From: an uncultured Chloroflexia bacterium
GTDB taxonomy: Bacteria > Chloroflexota > Limnocylindria > Limnocylindrales > CSP1-4
Length of the DNA: 64,000 bases
Direction: 5' to 3'
NCBI GenBank assembly: GCA_963698505.1
Contig: CAVORC010000013.1
Location: forward strand, 3,378-67,377
Position numbers and translations under genes: made by a program. The notes under the pieces are model-generated. The model was not told the DNA's origin and did no database searches. It saw only the letters and a list, made by a program, of their open reading frames with translations. Of this stretch, positions 45,463 through 53,673 are shown piece after piece. Numbering within the stretch: the stretch's first letter is position 1; each line of letters opens with the position of its first letter.

Positions 45463-45735
45463 TCAGTCCGGGTCTCGCTTGTCGCGCAGCGCCTTGTACG
45501 CCCGCACCACGCTGGCCGGGACCAGGTAGCGGCCGGCACGCACGCGAAACGGCTCCACGATCTCGCGCGGGATATCCACGCTGGCGTACGCCGCAGGGCT
45601 GGCCGCTGGCGGCTCCACCGAGAGCGGCACACCGGTGAAGGTCCGTCGGACGCCGTTCGCGTCGGGATCGATCACCTGCGCGGTCAGCAGCATGCGGTCC
45701 ATGTCCTCCGGGTCGGACCAGTGGTAGAGGCGCAT
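45463..45735 (-). CDS. hypothetical 90-aa protein downstream of dps
   Basis: High GC3 and no recognisable motif. Lies 13 nt after the dps stop. Confidence 0.5.
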   Translation of the reverse strand: MRLYHWSDPEDMDRMLLTAQVIDPDANGVRRTFTGVPLSVEPPAASPAAYASVDIPREIVEPFRVRAGRYLVPASVVRAYKALRDKRDPD

Positions 45736-45748
45736 CGCGCGTTCCTCG

Positions 45749-46249
45749 CTACTTCGCGGTCGAGCGGAGCATCCACACGGCCTTCTCGTGGGCCACGATC
45801 AGTTGCGTGGCGATATCGACCGTGGCGACGTCGCCTCGCTCCTCGGCGGTCTCCACCACACCGCGGGTGGTGGCGATGACGGCCTCACGGGCATCGACGA
45901 GCGCACGCACCATCTGCATGGCGTCGGGCACAGCGTCGTCATCGGGCACTGACGTCAGTGTCTCCATGGACGTGCCGAACGGCGGCGTCTCGACACCCAG
46001 CTGGCGCACGCGCTCGGCAACGGTGTCTGTCGCCTCCTGTAGCTCCAGGTAGTGCTGCTCGAAGAGCTCGTGCAGGCTGGGGAACTGGGGCCCTGTCACG
46101 TTCCAGTGGTAGTAGAGGGTCTTCTGGTAGAGCGCGTAGGTATCGGCCAGAAGCCGGCTGAGCTGCTCCGCGACCGGGTCGCGGCGGACATCAAGGGTGC
46201 TGGTCGCTGTCGTGTCGAACGTCATGGTCTGCTCCTTGGGCTGGATCAT
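45749..46249 (-). CDS. dps: Dps (DNA-binding ferritin-like starvation protein)
   Basis: LLADTYALYQKTLYYHWNVTGPQFPSLHELFEQHYLELQEATDTVAERVRQLG. Confidence 0.9.
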   Translation of the reverse strand: MIQPKEQTMTFDTTATSTLDVRRDPVAEQLSRLLADTYALYQKTLYYHWNVTGPQFPSLHELFEQHYLELQEATDTVAERVRQLGVETPPFGTSMETLTSVPDDDAVPDAMQMVRALVDAREAVIATTRGVVETAEERGDVATVDIATQLIVAHEKAVWMLRSTAK

Positions 46250-46278
46250 CGGGTCTGCTCCGTCTGGCCGGTGACGGT

Positions 46279-46698
46279 CTAGTCGTTGGCCGGCGCGGCG
46301 CTGATCGCCGCCAGGGTGGAGTCGGGGTCGCGCTCTCGCGCCAGGTCGCCGATGGAGACGATGCCGACGACGACCTCGCCATCGACCACGGGAACGCGGC
46401 GGATGGCACGGCCGCGCAGGGCCTCGACGGCGGTGCCCACGTCATCGCCTGCTTCCACCACCACCAGCTCGGGGCTGATACAGCAGTCGATCGGGGTCGT
46501 CCGCGGATCGAGCCCATCTGCGGTGGCCCGGACGGTCAGGTCCCGGTCGGTGACGATGCCGACCAGGCGGTCTCCGCGCGTGACCAGCACGTCGCCGATC
46601 TCCTTGTCGCGCATCAGCTGGGCGGCCTGGACCAGCGTCGTCTCGGCTGGCACAGCCGTGGGGTAGAGCGTCATCACGTCACGCACGGTCTCGGCCAT
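46279..46698 (-). CDS. CBS-domain pair protein
   Basis: ATG at 46698 after GAGGAGG. VRDVMTLYPTAV...IGDVLVTRGDRLVGIVTDRDL...IRRVPVVDGEVVVGIVSIGDL. Confidence 0.85.
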   Translation of the reverse strand: MAETVRDVMTLYPTAVPAETTLVQAAQLMRDKEIGDVLVTRGDRLVGIVTDRDLTVRATADGLDPRTTPIDCCISPELVVVEAGDDVGTAVEALRGRAIRRVPVVDGEVVVGIVSIGDLARERDPDSTLAAISAAPAND

Positions 46699-46722
46699 CG
46701 GGTCCTCCTCGCTGCATCGTCG

Positions 46723-48048
46723 GTGGCGGGCATGTCTGCCATGCTCGGAGGTGCAGCGCAACAGCAGCGACGGCATCGGATCGAGCAGGCTTGCAGCCGT
46801 CTCGCAGCACGGCCGACCGGCGCGATCGCAACGAGGATGAAAGGTGTATCGCACGAAGCGAAGGGTTGCTGCGACACCCGCGCGAAGGTGGCCGCCCATA
46901 CTTGTGGGGTGAGCTCTCCCAAGCCGCATGCTCCATCCGCTCACGGCTCGCCCGGACACGTTGCGGCTGCCGAGCTGGCGGCGGTGATGGCCGCGGTCGA
47001 TGCCGGCGTCGTCGTCACCCATCCGTCCGGTCGTGTGCGCTCGCAGAACGAAGCGGCCGTGCGCATCCTCGGCGGGCCGGTGGACGACCTGTTCGAGCTG
47101 TTGGGACCGCTGGGGAAGCGGCCACCGGGCGCCGGCGGCCCGCCTCGGGAGACGACCGAGCTGCAGGTGCTGCGCCTGCCCGATCGCTGGCTGCAGGTCT
47201 CGCGTGTCCTCAGCGCCGGTCTCGCTGAGGCGACGGACGCGATCGGTGAGGTCGTGATCATCCGTGACGTCACCGCGGAGCGCCAGAGTCAGGGCCTGCG
47301 CGAGGTGTTCGTGGGCATGCTCTCGCACGAGCTGCGCACCCCCGTGACCAGCATCTTCGCCGCCTCCGGCTTGCTGGGGACGCGGATGGACTCACTGTCA
47401 CCCGACGACCGCGATGGACTCGTGCAGGACATCGCCGAAGAGTCCGAGCGGCTGCTACGACTGGTCGACGACCTGCTCGTCCTGGCGCACTTCGACGAGG
47501 GCTTCAGCCTCCTCAAGGAGCCCAGCCTTCTGCAGCGGGTCGTCCCCATCGTCGTGGAGCGTGAGCGCCGTCGCTGGCTGTCCGTCGACATCAGCCTCAG
47601 CGTGGAGGCCGGGCTGCCGGTGGTGACCGGTGACGAGACGAGCGTGCAGCAGGTGGCGCGCAACCTCATCTCCAACGCTGCCAAGTACGGACTGGGGCAA
47701 CCGGTGCGCGTCGAGATCGTCGCCGGCGAGGATGAGCCTGGCGCCATCGTGCGCGTGCTCGATCGAGGGCCTGGCGTGAGCCCCGCGGAAGGTGAGGCGC
47801 TGTTCCGGCCCTTCTATCGATCCGCGCGGACCGCGCGGACCTCCGGCGGTGCCGGCATCGGGCTCTACGTGTGCCGGCGGCTGGTGGAGGCCATGGGCGG
47901 GCACATGTGGGTGAGGCAGCGACCCGGCGGCGGCAGTGAGTTCGGCTTCTGGCTGCCCGAGTACGACTACGAACCCGACGATGGCATCGGGGACGACGGA
48001 GCTACCCGCGCCGTCGTCCCTCCGGCACCGACCACTTCGCAGCGCTAG
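46723..48048 (+). CDS. cytoplasmic sensor histidine kinase (PAS-like + HisKA + HATPase_c)
   Basis: FVGMLSHELRTPVTSI (H-box), NLISNAAKY (N-box), DRGPGV and GGAGIGLYVCRRLV. No TM segment. The start is uncertain. Confidence 0.85.
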   Translation: MAGMSAMLGGAAQQQRRHRIEQACSRLAARPTGAIATRMKGVSHEAKGCCDTRAKVAAHTCGVSSPKPHAPSAHGSPGHVAAAELAAVMAAVDAGVVVTHPSGRVRSQNEAAVRILGGPVDDLFELLGPLGKRPPGAGGPPRETTELQVLRLPDRWLQVSRVLSAGLAEATDAIGEVVIIRDVTAERQSQGLREVFVGMLSHELRTPVTSIFAASGLLGTRMDSLSPDDRDGLVQDIAEESERLLRLVDDLLVLAHFDEGFSLLKEPSLLQRVVPIVVERERRRWLSVDISLSVEAGLPVVTGDETSVQQVARNLISNAAKYGLGQPVRVEIVAGEDEPGAIVRVLDRGPGVSPAEGEALFRPFYRSARTARTSGGAGIGLYVCRRLVEAMGGHMWVRQRPGGGSEFGFWLPEYDYEPDDGIGDDGATRAVVPPAPTTSQR

Positions 48049-48059
48049 GAGGAACCTCC

Positions 48060-48815
48060 ATGTCGACCGAACCGCTCGTCCTCGTCGCCGACGACGAGGT
48101 CCGCATCACCAAGCTGGTGTCGCTCGCGCTGGGCGACCAGGGCTTCAGGGTGGTCGTGGCCGAAGGTGGCAGGGATGCGCTACAGAAGGCCGAGGAGTAT
48201 CGGCCCGACGTGGTCGTGTTGGACATCGTGATGCCTGACCTGGACGGCATCGAGGTCATGCGCGAACTGCAGGAACGGCGACCGGTGCCGGTCATCCTGC
48301 TCACGGCCAAGGGCTCCACCGCCGACAAGGCACAGGGGCTGGACCTTGGCGCCGATGACTACGTCGCCAAGCCCTTCCACCCCGACGAGTTGGCGGCCCG
48401 CATCCGCGCCGTCCTGCGCCGGGCCTCGGGTGTCTCACCCAGCGCCGGGGTGCTGACCTTCGATGACGTCGAGATCGACCTGGAGCGGCGCATCGTCCGG
48501 CGTGACGGTGAGCTGGTGCAGTTCAGCCGCACCGAGTGGCTGCTGCTTCAGCACCTCGCCGCCAATGCCGGCAAGGTCGTGCTGCACACCGAGCTGCTGA
48601 CCAAGGTCTGGGGTCCGGAGTACCGCGATGACCTGCAGTACCTTCGCGTGTGGATCAGCCGCGTGCGCCGCAAGCTGGGAGCGGAGCCGGGAGAGCCCGG
48701 GCGTATCAAGACGCTCCAGGGTATCGGCTACCTGCTCGACGTGGAGCCGCCCCAGGTGGACGGGGCTGCCGCCGACGCGCCGGCCGTGGCGGAGGCCTCG
48801 CCGCTCATCGGGTAG
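48060..48815 (+). CDS. OmpR/PhoB-family response regulator (KdpE-like)
   Basis: LVADDEVRI..VVVLDIVMPDLDG..ILLTAKG..DDYVAKPF. Winged helix FSRTEWLLLQHLAANAGKVV...LQYLRVWISRVRRKL. Confidence 0.9.
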   Translation: MSTEPLVLVADDEVRITKLVSLALGDQGFRVVVAEGGRDALQKAEEYRPDVVVLDIVMPDLDGIEVMRELQERRPVPVILLTAKGSTADKAQGLDLGADDYVAKPFHPDELAARIRAVLRRASGVSPSAGVLTFDDVEIDLERRIVRRDGELVQFSRTEWLLLQHLAANAGKVVLHTELLTKVWGPEYRDDLQYLRVWISRVRRKLGAEPGEPGRIKTLQGIGYLLDVEPPQVDGAAADAPAVAEASPLIG

Positions 48816-49001
48816 TCCGGCTCCGCCGGGTCGCTCGCCCTGCGGGCGCGAGGCGGCCTGGTCCCACGTCGTCACGCTCATGCAAGGTCGAGACCGGCGG
48901 CGGCCCGCGCGCCTGTAGCGCGCGGCGTCGCAGACTTTGACGGCATCCGGCCCGCGATTCGTCGGGTGTCACCGCTGCCCGGATCGCGAGGAGGTGCCCC
49001 G

Positions 49002-50198
49002 ATGCCGCTGAAGACCGCGTGGCCCATCGCAGCAGCGCTGGCATTGCTGCTGGTGGGAGTGACCGCGCAACCTGGCGCCACCGCCTACGAGCCGGTCGAG
49101 CCCGAGCCCCTGCTGCGCGCCCAGAAGCTGCGGGCCCAGGAGATCACCGCCCGCGCTGACATCGTCCTCGTCGGATGGCGCGAGGGCGGACGCCCCGACC
49201 GCTTGTCCATGGCACTGAGCCGCGACGGCGGCGCCTCCTTCCTGCGGGGGAACGGGAAGCTGCGTCGGTTCAACCTCGCTGGGCTGGCTGGCCGCGGGCT
49301 GTCGCTTGCCGTGTGTGGCCGGAGTGCCGTTCGCTCGATGTGGGCGGTCACGGCCCTGCGGGCTCGCGCGGACCGCGCGGGTGACTCGGACGTGCTGCTG
49401 ACGCGCCGCGGCCTGGCCGCCCCGAAGCGTGACGCCGTGCAGCTGTTCCTGACGGCACCGACGGCCAAGCGCCAGGTACGCGATGCCGATATCGCGTGTG
49501 TCGGCGATCACCACCTGGCCATCGCCTGGGTGGAGCAGAAGGACGGGCGCACGCGCGCACGCCTCGCCATCCGGCGTCTCACGCGAGCGGGTCAGTCGAC
49601 GCCGGTGCGCACGTACAAGCTCGGCCGAGCCGTGCTGCGAGGCGGCATCAGCGTGGCGGCCACGCCCAACGACATCCACGTCGCCTGGACCAAGGGCGCC
49701 AACAAGCACCTGCGCTACGAACGCTTCAGCGTGGTGAAGCGAGCCGCATCCCGCTTCGAGCGCGGCCAGGCTGCCGGTATCGTCTGGCGCGATGTCGAGC
49801 GGCCGCAGGTCGATGCCCGCGGTCGCAAGGTCGTGGTGGCCTACAGCGATGGCGGGGACCTGAAGGTGAAGCTCAGCCGCGACCGGGGTGTCTCGTTCGG
49901 GTCTGCCGAGGCTCTCGCCGCAGGCAGCTCGGGCGAGCCGGCGCGGGCACGCTCGGTCGCGCTCAGCGGGTCGCGCATCGTCGTCGAGGGTATCGACCGG
50001 ACGGGCGGCTCACGCACCCCGACACGCTTCGAGACGACCGACCTGGGTGACACGTGGCAGGGCCTAGCCTTCGGCCATGACGGCATCCGACTCGGCGCGC
50101 TGGAGAAGATCGACTACCGCGAGTCGCGCCTGAAGGAGCTGCTGCACAACGACGGCCGTGCTGGCGACACCCTGCGGGCCCGGCGCGAGGTGCCATAG
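49002..50198 (+). CDS. secreted BNR/sialidase-like beta-propeller protein, function unknown
   Basis: ATG at 49002 after GAGGAGG, with a signal peptide. BNR-like motifs SRDGGASF, SRDRGVSF and TTDLGDTW. Confidence 0.55.
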   Translation: MPLKTAWPIAAALALLLVGVTAQPGATAYEPVEPEPLLRAQKLRAQEITARADIVLVGWREGGRPDRLSMALSRDGGASFLRGNGKLRRFNLAGLAGRGLSLAVCGRSAVRSMWAVTALRARADRAGDSDVLLTRRGLAAPKRDAVQLFLTAPTAKRQVRDADIACVGDHHLAIAWVEQKDGRTRARLAIRRLTRAGQSTPVRTYKLGRAVLRGGISVAATPNDIHVAWTKGANKHLRYERFSVVKRAASRFERGQAAGIVWRDVERPQVDARGRKVVVAYSDGGDLKVKLSRDRGVSFGSAEALAAGSSGEPARARSVALSGSRIVVEGIDRTGGSRTPTRFETTDLGDTWQGLAFGHDGIRLGALEKIDYRESRLKELLHNDGRAGDTLRARREVP

Positions 50199-50276
50199 AG
50201 GGTCCGGCTGGCTGCCTGAAACGCGACAGGTGGCTCATCAGCCGAGAGGTGGCCGCGGACGTACCCTCTAGGCACC

Positions 50277-51566
50277 ATGAGACGAACCTTCACCCTCCTG
50301 TTGTCCGCGCTCGCCCTGTTCGCCCTGTTGGCGGTGCCAGCCGCGGCCCAGGACGACCCGTCGGCCGAGCCAACCGCTGCGCCATCGGCAGCCCCCGCTG
50401 GTGCGGTGAGTAGCAGCCCGGCGCCGGAGGCGACTGAGCCCCCCCTGCCGACCCCGATCCCGGCGGGCGACGGACCCGTCGTGCAGGGCGTGTTCTACTT
50501 CTCGCCCACCTGCGGTCATTGTCACTACGTCATCACCGAGGTGCTGCCGGTCATCTACGCCGAGAACGGCGGTCCCTGGGTCATCACCGTCGACGAGAGC
50601 GCTGCCACCATGGACCCTGCGTTCTACCTGATGAACAACGGTCACATCCAGCTGCTGATGGTCGACGTCAGTCAGCCGGATGGGCAGCTGATGTACCTCG
50701 ATGACTCGGAGGCGCTTGGGTTCGATGACCCTCCCGGGGTCCCGCTGCTTCACATCGGGGACGAGTGGTATCTCGGCTCCGGCGACATCCCCGCCGAGCT
50801 GCCGGGCATCGTGAAGGCAGGACTGGCCGGCGAAGGGGTCCCGTGGCCGCCCACACCGGGCCTGGCCGCCGCCATCGAGCCGTTCCTGCGGGACGGCAGC
50901 GTGGTCGCAGTCGAGCCGGACGATGACGACGACAGCGGTGAGGCCGTGGTGCTGCCCGTCGGCAGCGATGACTCGCCGTTCGACCGACTTGGCCGCGACC
51001 CGGTCGGCAACGGCCTCGCCATCGTGGTGCTGGTCATCCTCATCGGCACCCTCCTCGCTGCGCCGTGGCTGGCGACACGGGGGTCGCTACCGTCCTTTCC
51101 CTCGTGGCTGGTACCGGTGCTTGTCCTCGCCGGCCTGGTCGTCGCCGCCTACCTCGCGACCATCGAGACCAGTGGCGCGGAGGCCGTGTGCGGTCCCGTC
51201 GGCGACTGCAACGCGGTGCAGCAGAGCGAGTACGCAGAGCTGGCCGGCATCCCCATCGGGGTACTGGGCGTCGTCGGCTACGTCCTCATCGGCGGGTTGT
51301 GGCTCGTCTCGCGGGTGGCCCAAGGCGCGGCCGCGGACTGGGCGCTCGTGCTGATGGCCAGCGGCGCCTTCGTCGGTACCCTGTTCTCTGCCTACCTGAC
51401 CTTCCTGGAGCCGTTCGTCATCGGCGCCACGTGCATGTGGTGCATCAGCTCGGCATTGATCATGCTGGCGCTGGTGTGGGTCACTGCCGGTCCCGGCTGG
51501 GCTGCCTGGCAGCGCCTGCGCCACGGCAGCGGAGGGACGCACTCGGCGGCACCGGCACGCTCGTAG
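50277..51566 (+). CDS. thioredoxin-like domain fused to VKOR (vitamin K epoxide reductase family) membrane domain
   Basis: Signal peptide, FYFSPTCGHCHYV (CxxC thioredoxin fold) and an acidic linker. C-terminal VKOR domain: AVCGPVGDCNAVQQSEYAELAGIPIGVLG ... ATCMWCISSAL. Confidence 0.8.
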   Translation: MRRTFTLLLSALALFALLAVPAAAQDDPSAEPTAAPSAAPAGAVSSSPAPEATEPPLPTPIPAGDGPVVQGVFYFSPTCGHCHYVITEVLPVIYAENGGPWVITVDESAATMDPAFYLMNNGHIQLLMVDVSQPDGQLMYLDDSEALGFDDPPGVPLLHIGDEWYLGSGDIPAELPGIVKAGLAGEGVPWPPTPGLAAAIEPFLRDGSVVAVEPDDDDDSGEAVVLPVGSDDSPFDRLGRDPVGNGLAIVVLVILIGTLLAAPWLATRGSLPSFPSWLVPVLVLAGLVVAAYLATIETSGAEAVCGPVGDCNAVQQSEYAELAGIPIGVLGVVGYVLIGGLWLVSRVAQGAAADWALVLMASGAFVGTLFSAYLTFLEPFVIGATCMWCISSALIMLALVWVTAGPGWAAWQRLRHGSGGTHSAAPARS

Positions 51567-51627
51567 TGCACAAGCGAAGACCCCCGGGGGATGCGCCGGG
51601 GGTCTTCGGGTCGAGAGTCGGGCTGGA

Positions 51628-51960
51628 TCAGGTCTGAGCGTCCGGACCGGGCGCCGCGGAGAGCGTCTTCAGATCCTCCTCGATGCTGACGAGCTCTTCG
51701 CGAAGCGCCGCAGCCCGTGACTGCAGCGACGCTGCAGTCACCTCCTCCGTGGTGTCTTCGCTGGTGACGGCACGGCGCCGAGAGCGTCCCGACGTGCGAC
51801 GACGCCGTGGGCGATCGTCCTCCTCGTCCTCAAGGTCGCGCTCACGCAAGACCACGACGTCGTCGCGATAGCGGCGCGGCCGGTAGTCGTAGGGGTCGTA
51901 CCAGTCCGGAGGTGGCGGCCAGTCGCATCCGTGCGGGTAGTACCGGTGATAGCAGCTCAT
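51628..51960 (-). CDS. hypothetical protein, Cys/His/Tyr/Pro-rich N-terminus and DUF5320-like helical C-terminus
   Basis: MSCYHRYYPHGCDWPPPPDWYDPYDYRPRRY... then LQSRAAALREELVSIEEDLKTL. The start overlaps the padR stop (ATGA). Confidence 0.5.
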   Translation of the reverse strand: MSCYHRYYPHGCDWPPPPDWYDPYDYRPRRYRDDVVVLRERDLEDEEDDRPRRRRTSGRSRRRAVTSEDTTEEVTAASLQSRAAALREELVSIEEDLKTLSAAPGPDAQT

Positions 51961-52379
51961 GTCCTGTCCCCCAGTCGTTGCGTGACGCTGTTCCCGTGGT
52001 CGAGAAAGTGCTCGATCAGGCGTTTTCGTTCGCTCATGACGTCCATCCAGTCAGCGAGCGCGCAGGCACCTTCATCGGTGAGCCGGTATTCGCGACGGGG
52101 CTGGTCGGTCTCCGGGCCCCACTCGGTGGTCACCAGGCCCTCGGCGTCCATGTTGCGGAGCGTTCGATAGACCATGCTGACGTCCACGCCCTCCGGGGCG
52201 ACGCCGAGCTCGTTGAGGTCACCGATGAGCTTGTAGCCGTATGTGGGCCCCTGTGCCACGAGCAGCAGCACGAACGGCTCCACCCAGCGTCCCCGACGTG
52301 AGCCGTGGTGGGCACCGTGGTGGTGGCCGCGCGTGCTCCAGCCCAGCCCCTCGGTCGTTGCCCTGCTGATAGCCTCCAT
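51957..52379 (-). CDS. PadR-family transcriptional regulator with His-rich N-terminal extension
   Basis: FVLLLVAQGPTYGYKLIGDLNELG...VYRTLRNMDAEGLVTTEW.....REYRLTDEG. N-terminus ..RGHHHGAHHGSRRG. Confidence 0.85.
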   Translation of the reverse strand: MEAISRATTEGLGWSTRGHHHGAHHGSRRGRWVEPFVLLLVAQGPTYGYKLIGDLNELGVAPEGVDVSMVYRTLRNMDAEGLVTTEWGPETDQPRREYRLTDEGACALADWMDVMSERKRLIEHFLDHGNSVTQRLGDRT

Positions 52380-52401
52380 ATGCTAATAGCATACATATGC
52401 T
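52379..52401. promoter_or_regulatory. AT-rich overlapping palindromes at the padR start codon (candidate PadR operator)
   Basis: TATGCTA-A-TAGCATA (52379-52393, a perfect 7-1-7 inverted repeat) overlaps AGCATA-CA-TATGCT (52388-52401). An AT-rich island in a very GC-rich background. Confidence 0.45.
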
Positions 52402-52477
52402 GTCAACAGGCGTCCGCTCCGGGTCGGCCGGCGTCCGCTCTAGGGCGGCCGGATGATCCTCGCTCCACGCCGGCCGG

Positions 52478-52830
52478 GGCCCGCTCCATGTCCGAACGGC
52501 GTCCGATCCAGGGCAGTTGGCGCCCACTCATGCGAACGCCACGGGGCGAACGGCTGGCGGCCGGATAGGGACTACCGCCACCAGCCGTAGCCGTAGTCCC
52601 ACCACTCCCGGGTCCTGACGGCTCCCCGGCGGGCCCACGCGACCGCGCCTGAGCGTGCGACCGTGCGCTCCACGGCCGCTCACCCCTCGGACGAGGCGTC
52701 CTACGGCTCGACGACCTGGCCTTACGCTGCAGGGATCGTCACTAGACCCGGTCGTCGCCGTTGCCCACGTAGACCCAGTCGTCACCCTCGCCGGGCGACG
52801 GGCCAGCGGCTGGAAGGCGTCGTGCCGAGG
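52478..52830. repeat. ~0.3-kb non-coding repeat, copy 1 (with internal short duplications)
   Basis: Collinear with 60695..60968. A 43-nt identical core cgcctgagcgtgcgaccgtgcgctccacggccgctcacccctc lies at 52646-52688, and the core contains the hairpin gagcgtgc-gacc-gtgcgctc. Confidence 0.7.
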
Positions 52831-52854
52831 GATCATGGCCCCGCGGCTCCAGGA

Positions 52855-53673
52855 TCAGCGGCTGATGGAGCGGTAGCGGCGCACGGCGAGCGGAGCGAAG
52901 ACGGCGAGCAGCACGACGTACCAGCCGAGCGTGATGGCGATCGGCATCTCGGCGGGAAGGCCGTCGGAGGGGAACGGGTTGGGGTTGCCCCACAGCTCGC
53001 GCAGGGAGGCAGTCAAGGTGCTGACCGGGTTCCAGGCAGCGATCGGTTGCAGCCAGTCGGGCAGGGTGCCGATGGGCACGAAGACGTTGGAGACGAACGT
53101 CAGGGGCAGGATGACGATGAACGAGACCTGCTGGGCGACCTCCACGCTGGGCAGGCGCAGGCCCAGCCAGACGCCGACCCAGGACATGACGAAGGCGTAG
53201 GCGAGGGCCAGCAGGATCCCGAAGAGGAAGGGCGCGATGCCGTTGTTGACCGACCAGCCGACGGCCAGCCCGGCGAGCATGAGCACGATGAGGATGCCGC
53301 CGTTGTAGATGACATCGGAGACCGAGCGACCGAAGAGCACGGCCGAGCGCGCCATCGGCAGCGAGCGGAAGCGATCGATGATGCCCTTGTTGAGGTCCTC
53401 GGTCATGCCGATGGCGGTGGTAGCCGAGGCGAACGTCAGTGTCTGCACGAAGATGCCGGGCATGAGGTACTCGGCATAGGAGACGCCGGGCAACGGGATC
53501 GCGCCGCCGAACACGATCGTGAACAGCAGCACGAACATGATCGACTGGATGATGGCGAAGATGGCCAGCTCGGGGATACGCGGGATGCGCTTGAGGTAGC
53601 GCCACGTGACGACCAGGCCGTCGTCCCAGGCCTGTCGCAGGCCGCCTCCGGCAGCAGGTTTGACGCCGCTCAT
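52855..53673 (-). CDS. ABC-2 type exporter permease (DrrB-like)
   Basis: 272 aa with six hydrophobic segments. WRYLKRIPRIPELAIFAIIQSIMFVLLF. Overlaps the ATPase gene stop by 4 nt. Confidence 0.85.
   Translation of the reverse strand: MSGVKPAAGGGLRQAWDDGLVVTWRYLKRIPRIPELAIFAIIQSIMFVLLFTIVFGGAIPLPGVSYAEYLMPGIFVQTLTFASATTAIGMTEDLNKGIIDRFRSLPMARSAVLFGRSVSDVIYNGGILIVLMLAGLAVGWSVNNGIAPFLFGILLALAYAFVMSWVGVWLGLRLPSVEVAQQVSFIVILPLTFVSNVFVPIGTLPDWLQPIAAWNPVSTLTASLRELWGNPNPFPSDGLPAEMPIAITLGWYVVLLAVFAPLAVRRYRSISR

Noticed and set aside
52572-52673. Small minus-strand ORF inside the 0.3-kb repeat ending ..REWWDYGYGWWR*, with counterpart ..RERMDYGYGSWR* in copy 2.
   Set aside because: The differences I compared between the two copies are non-synonymous (W>R, W>M, W>S, A>V, V>A and others), with no sign of purifying selection and no Shine-Dalgarno. 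It is more likely non-coding.
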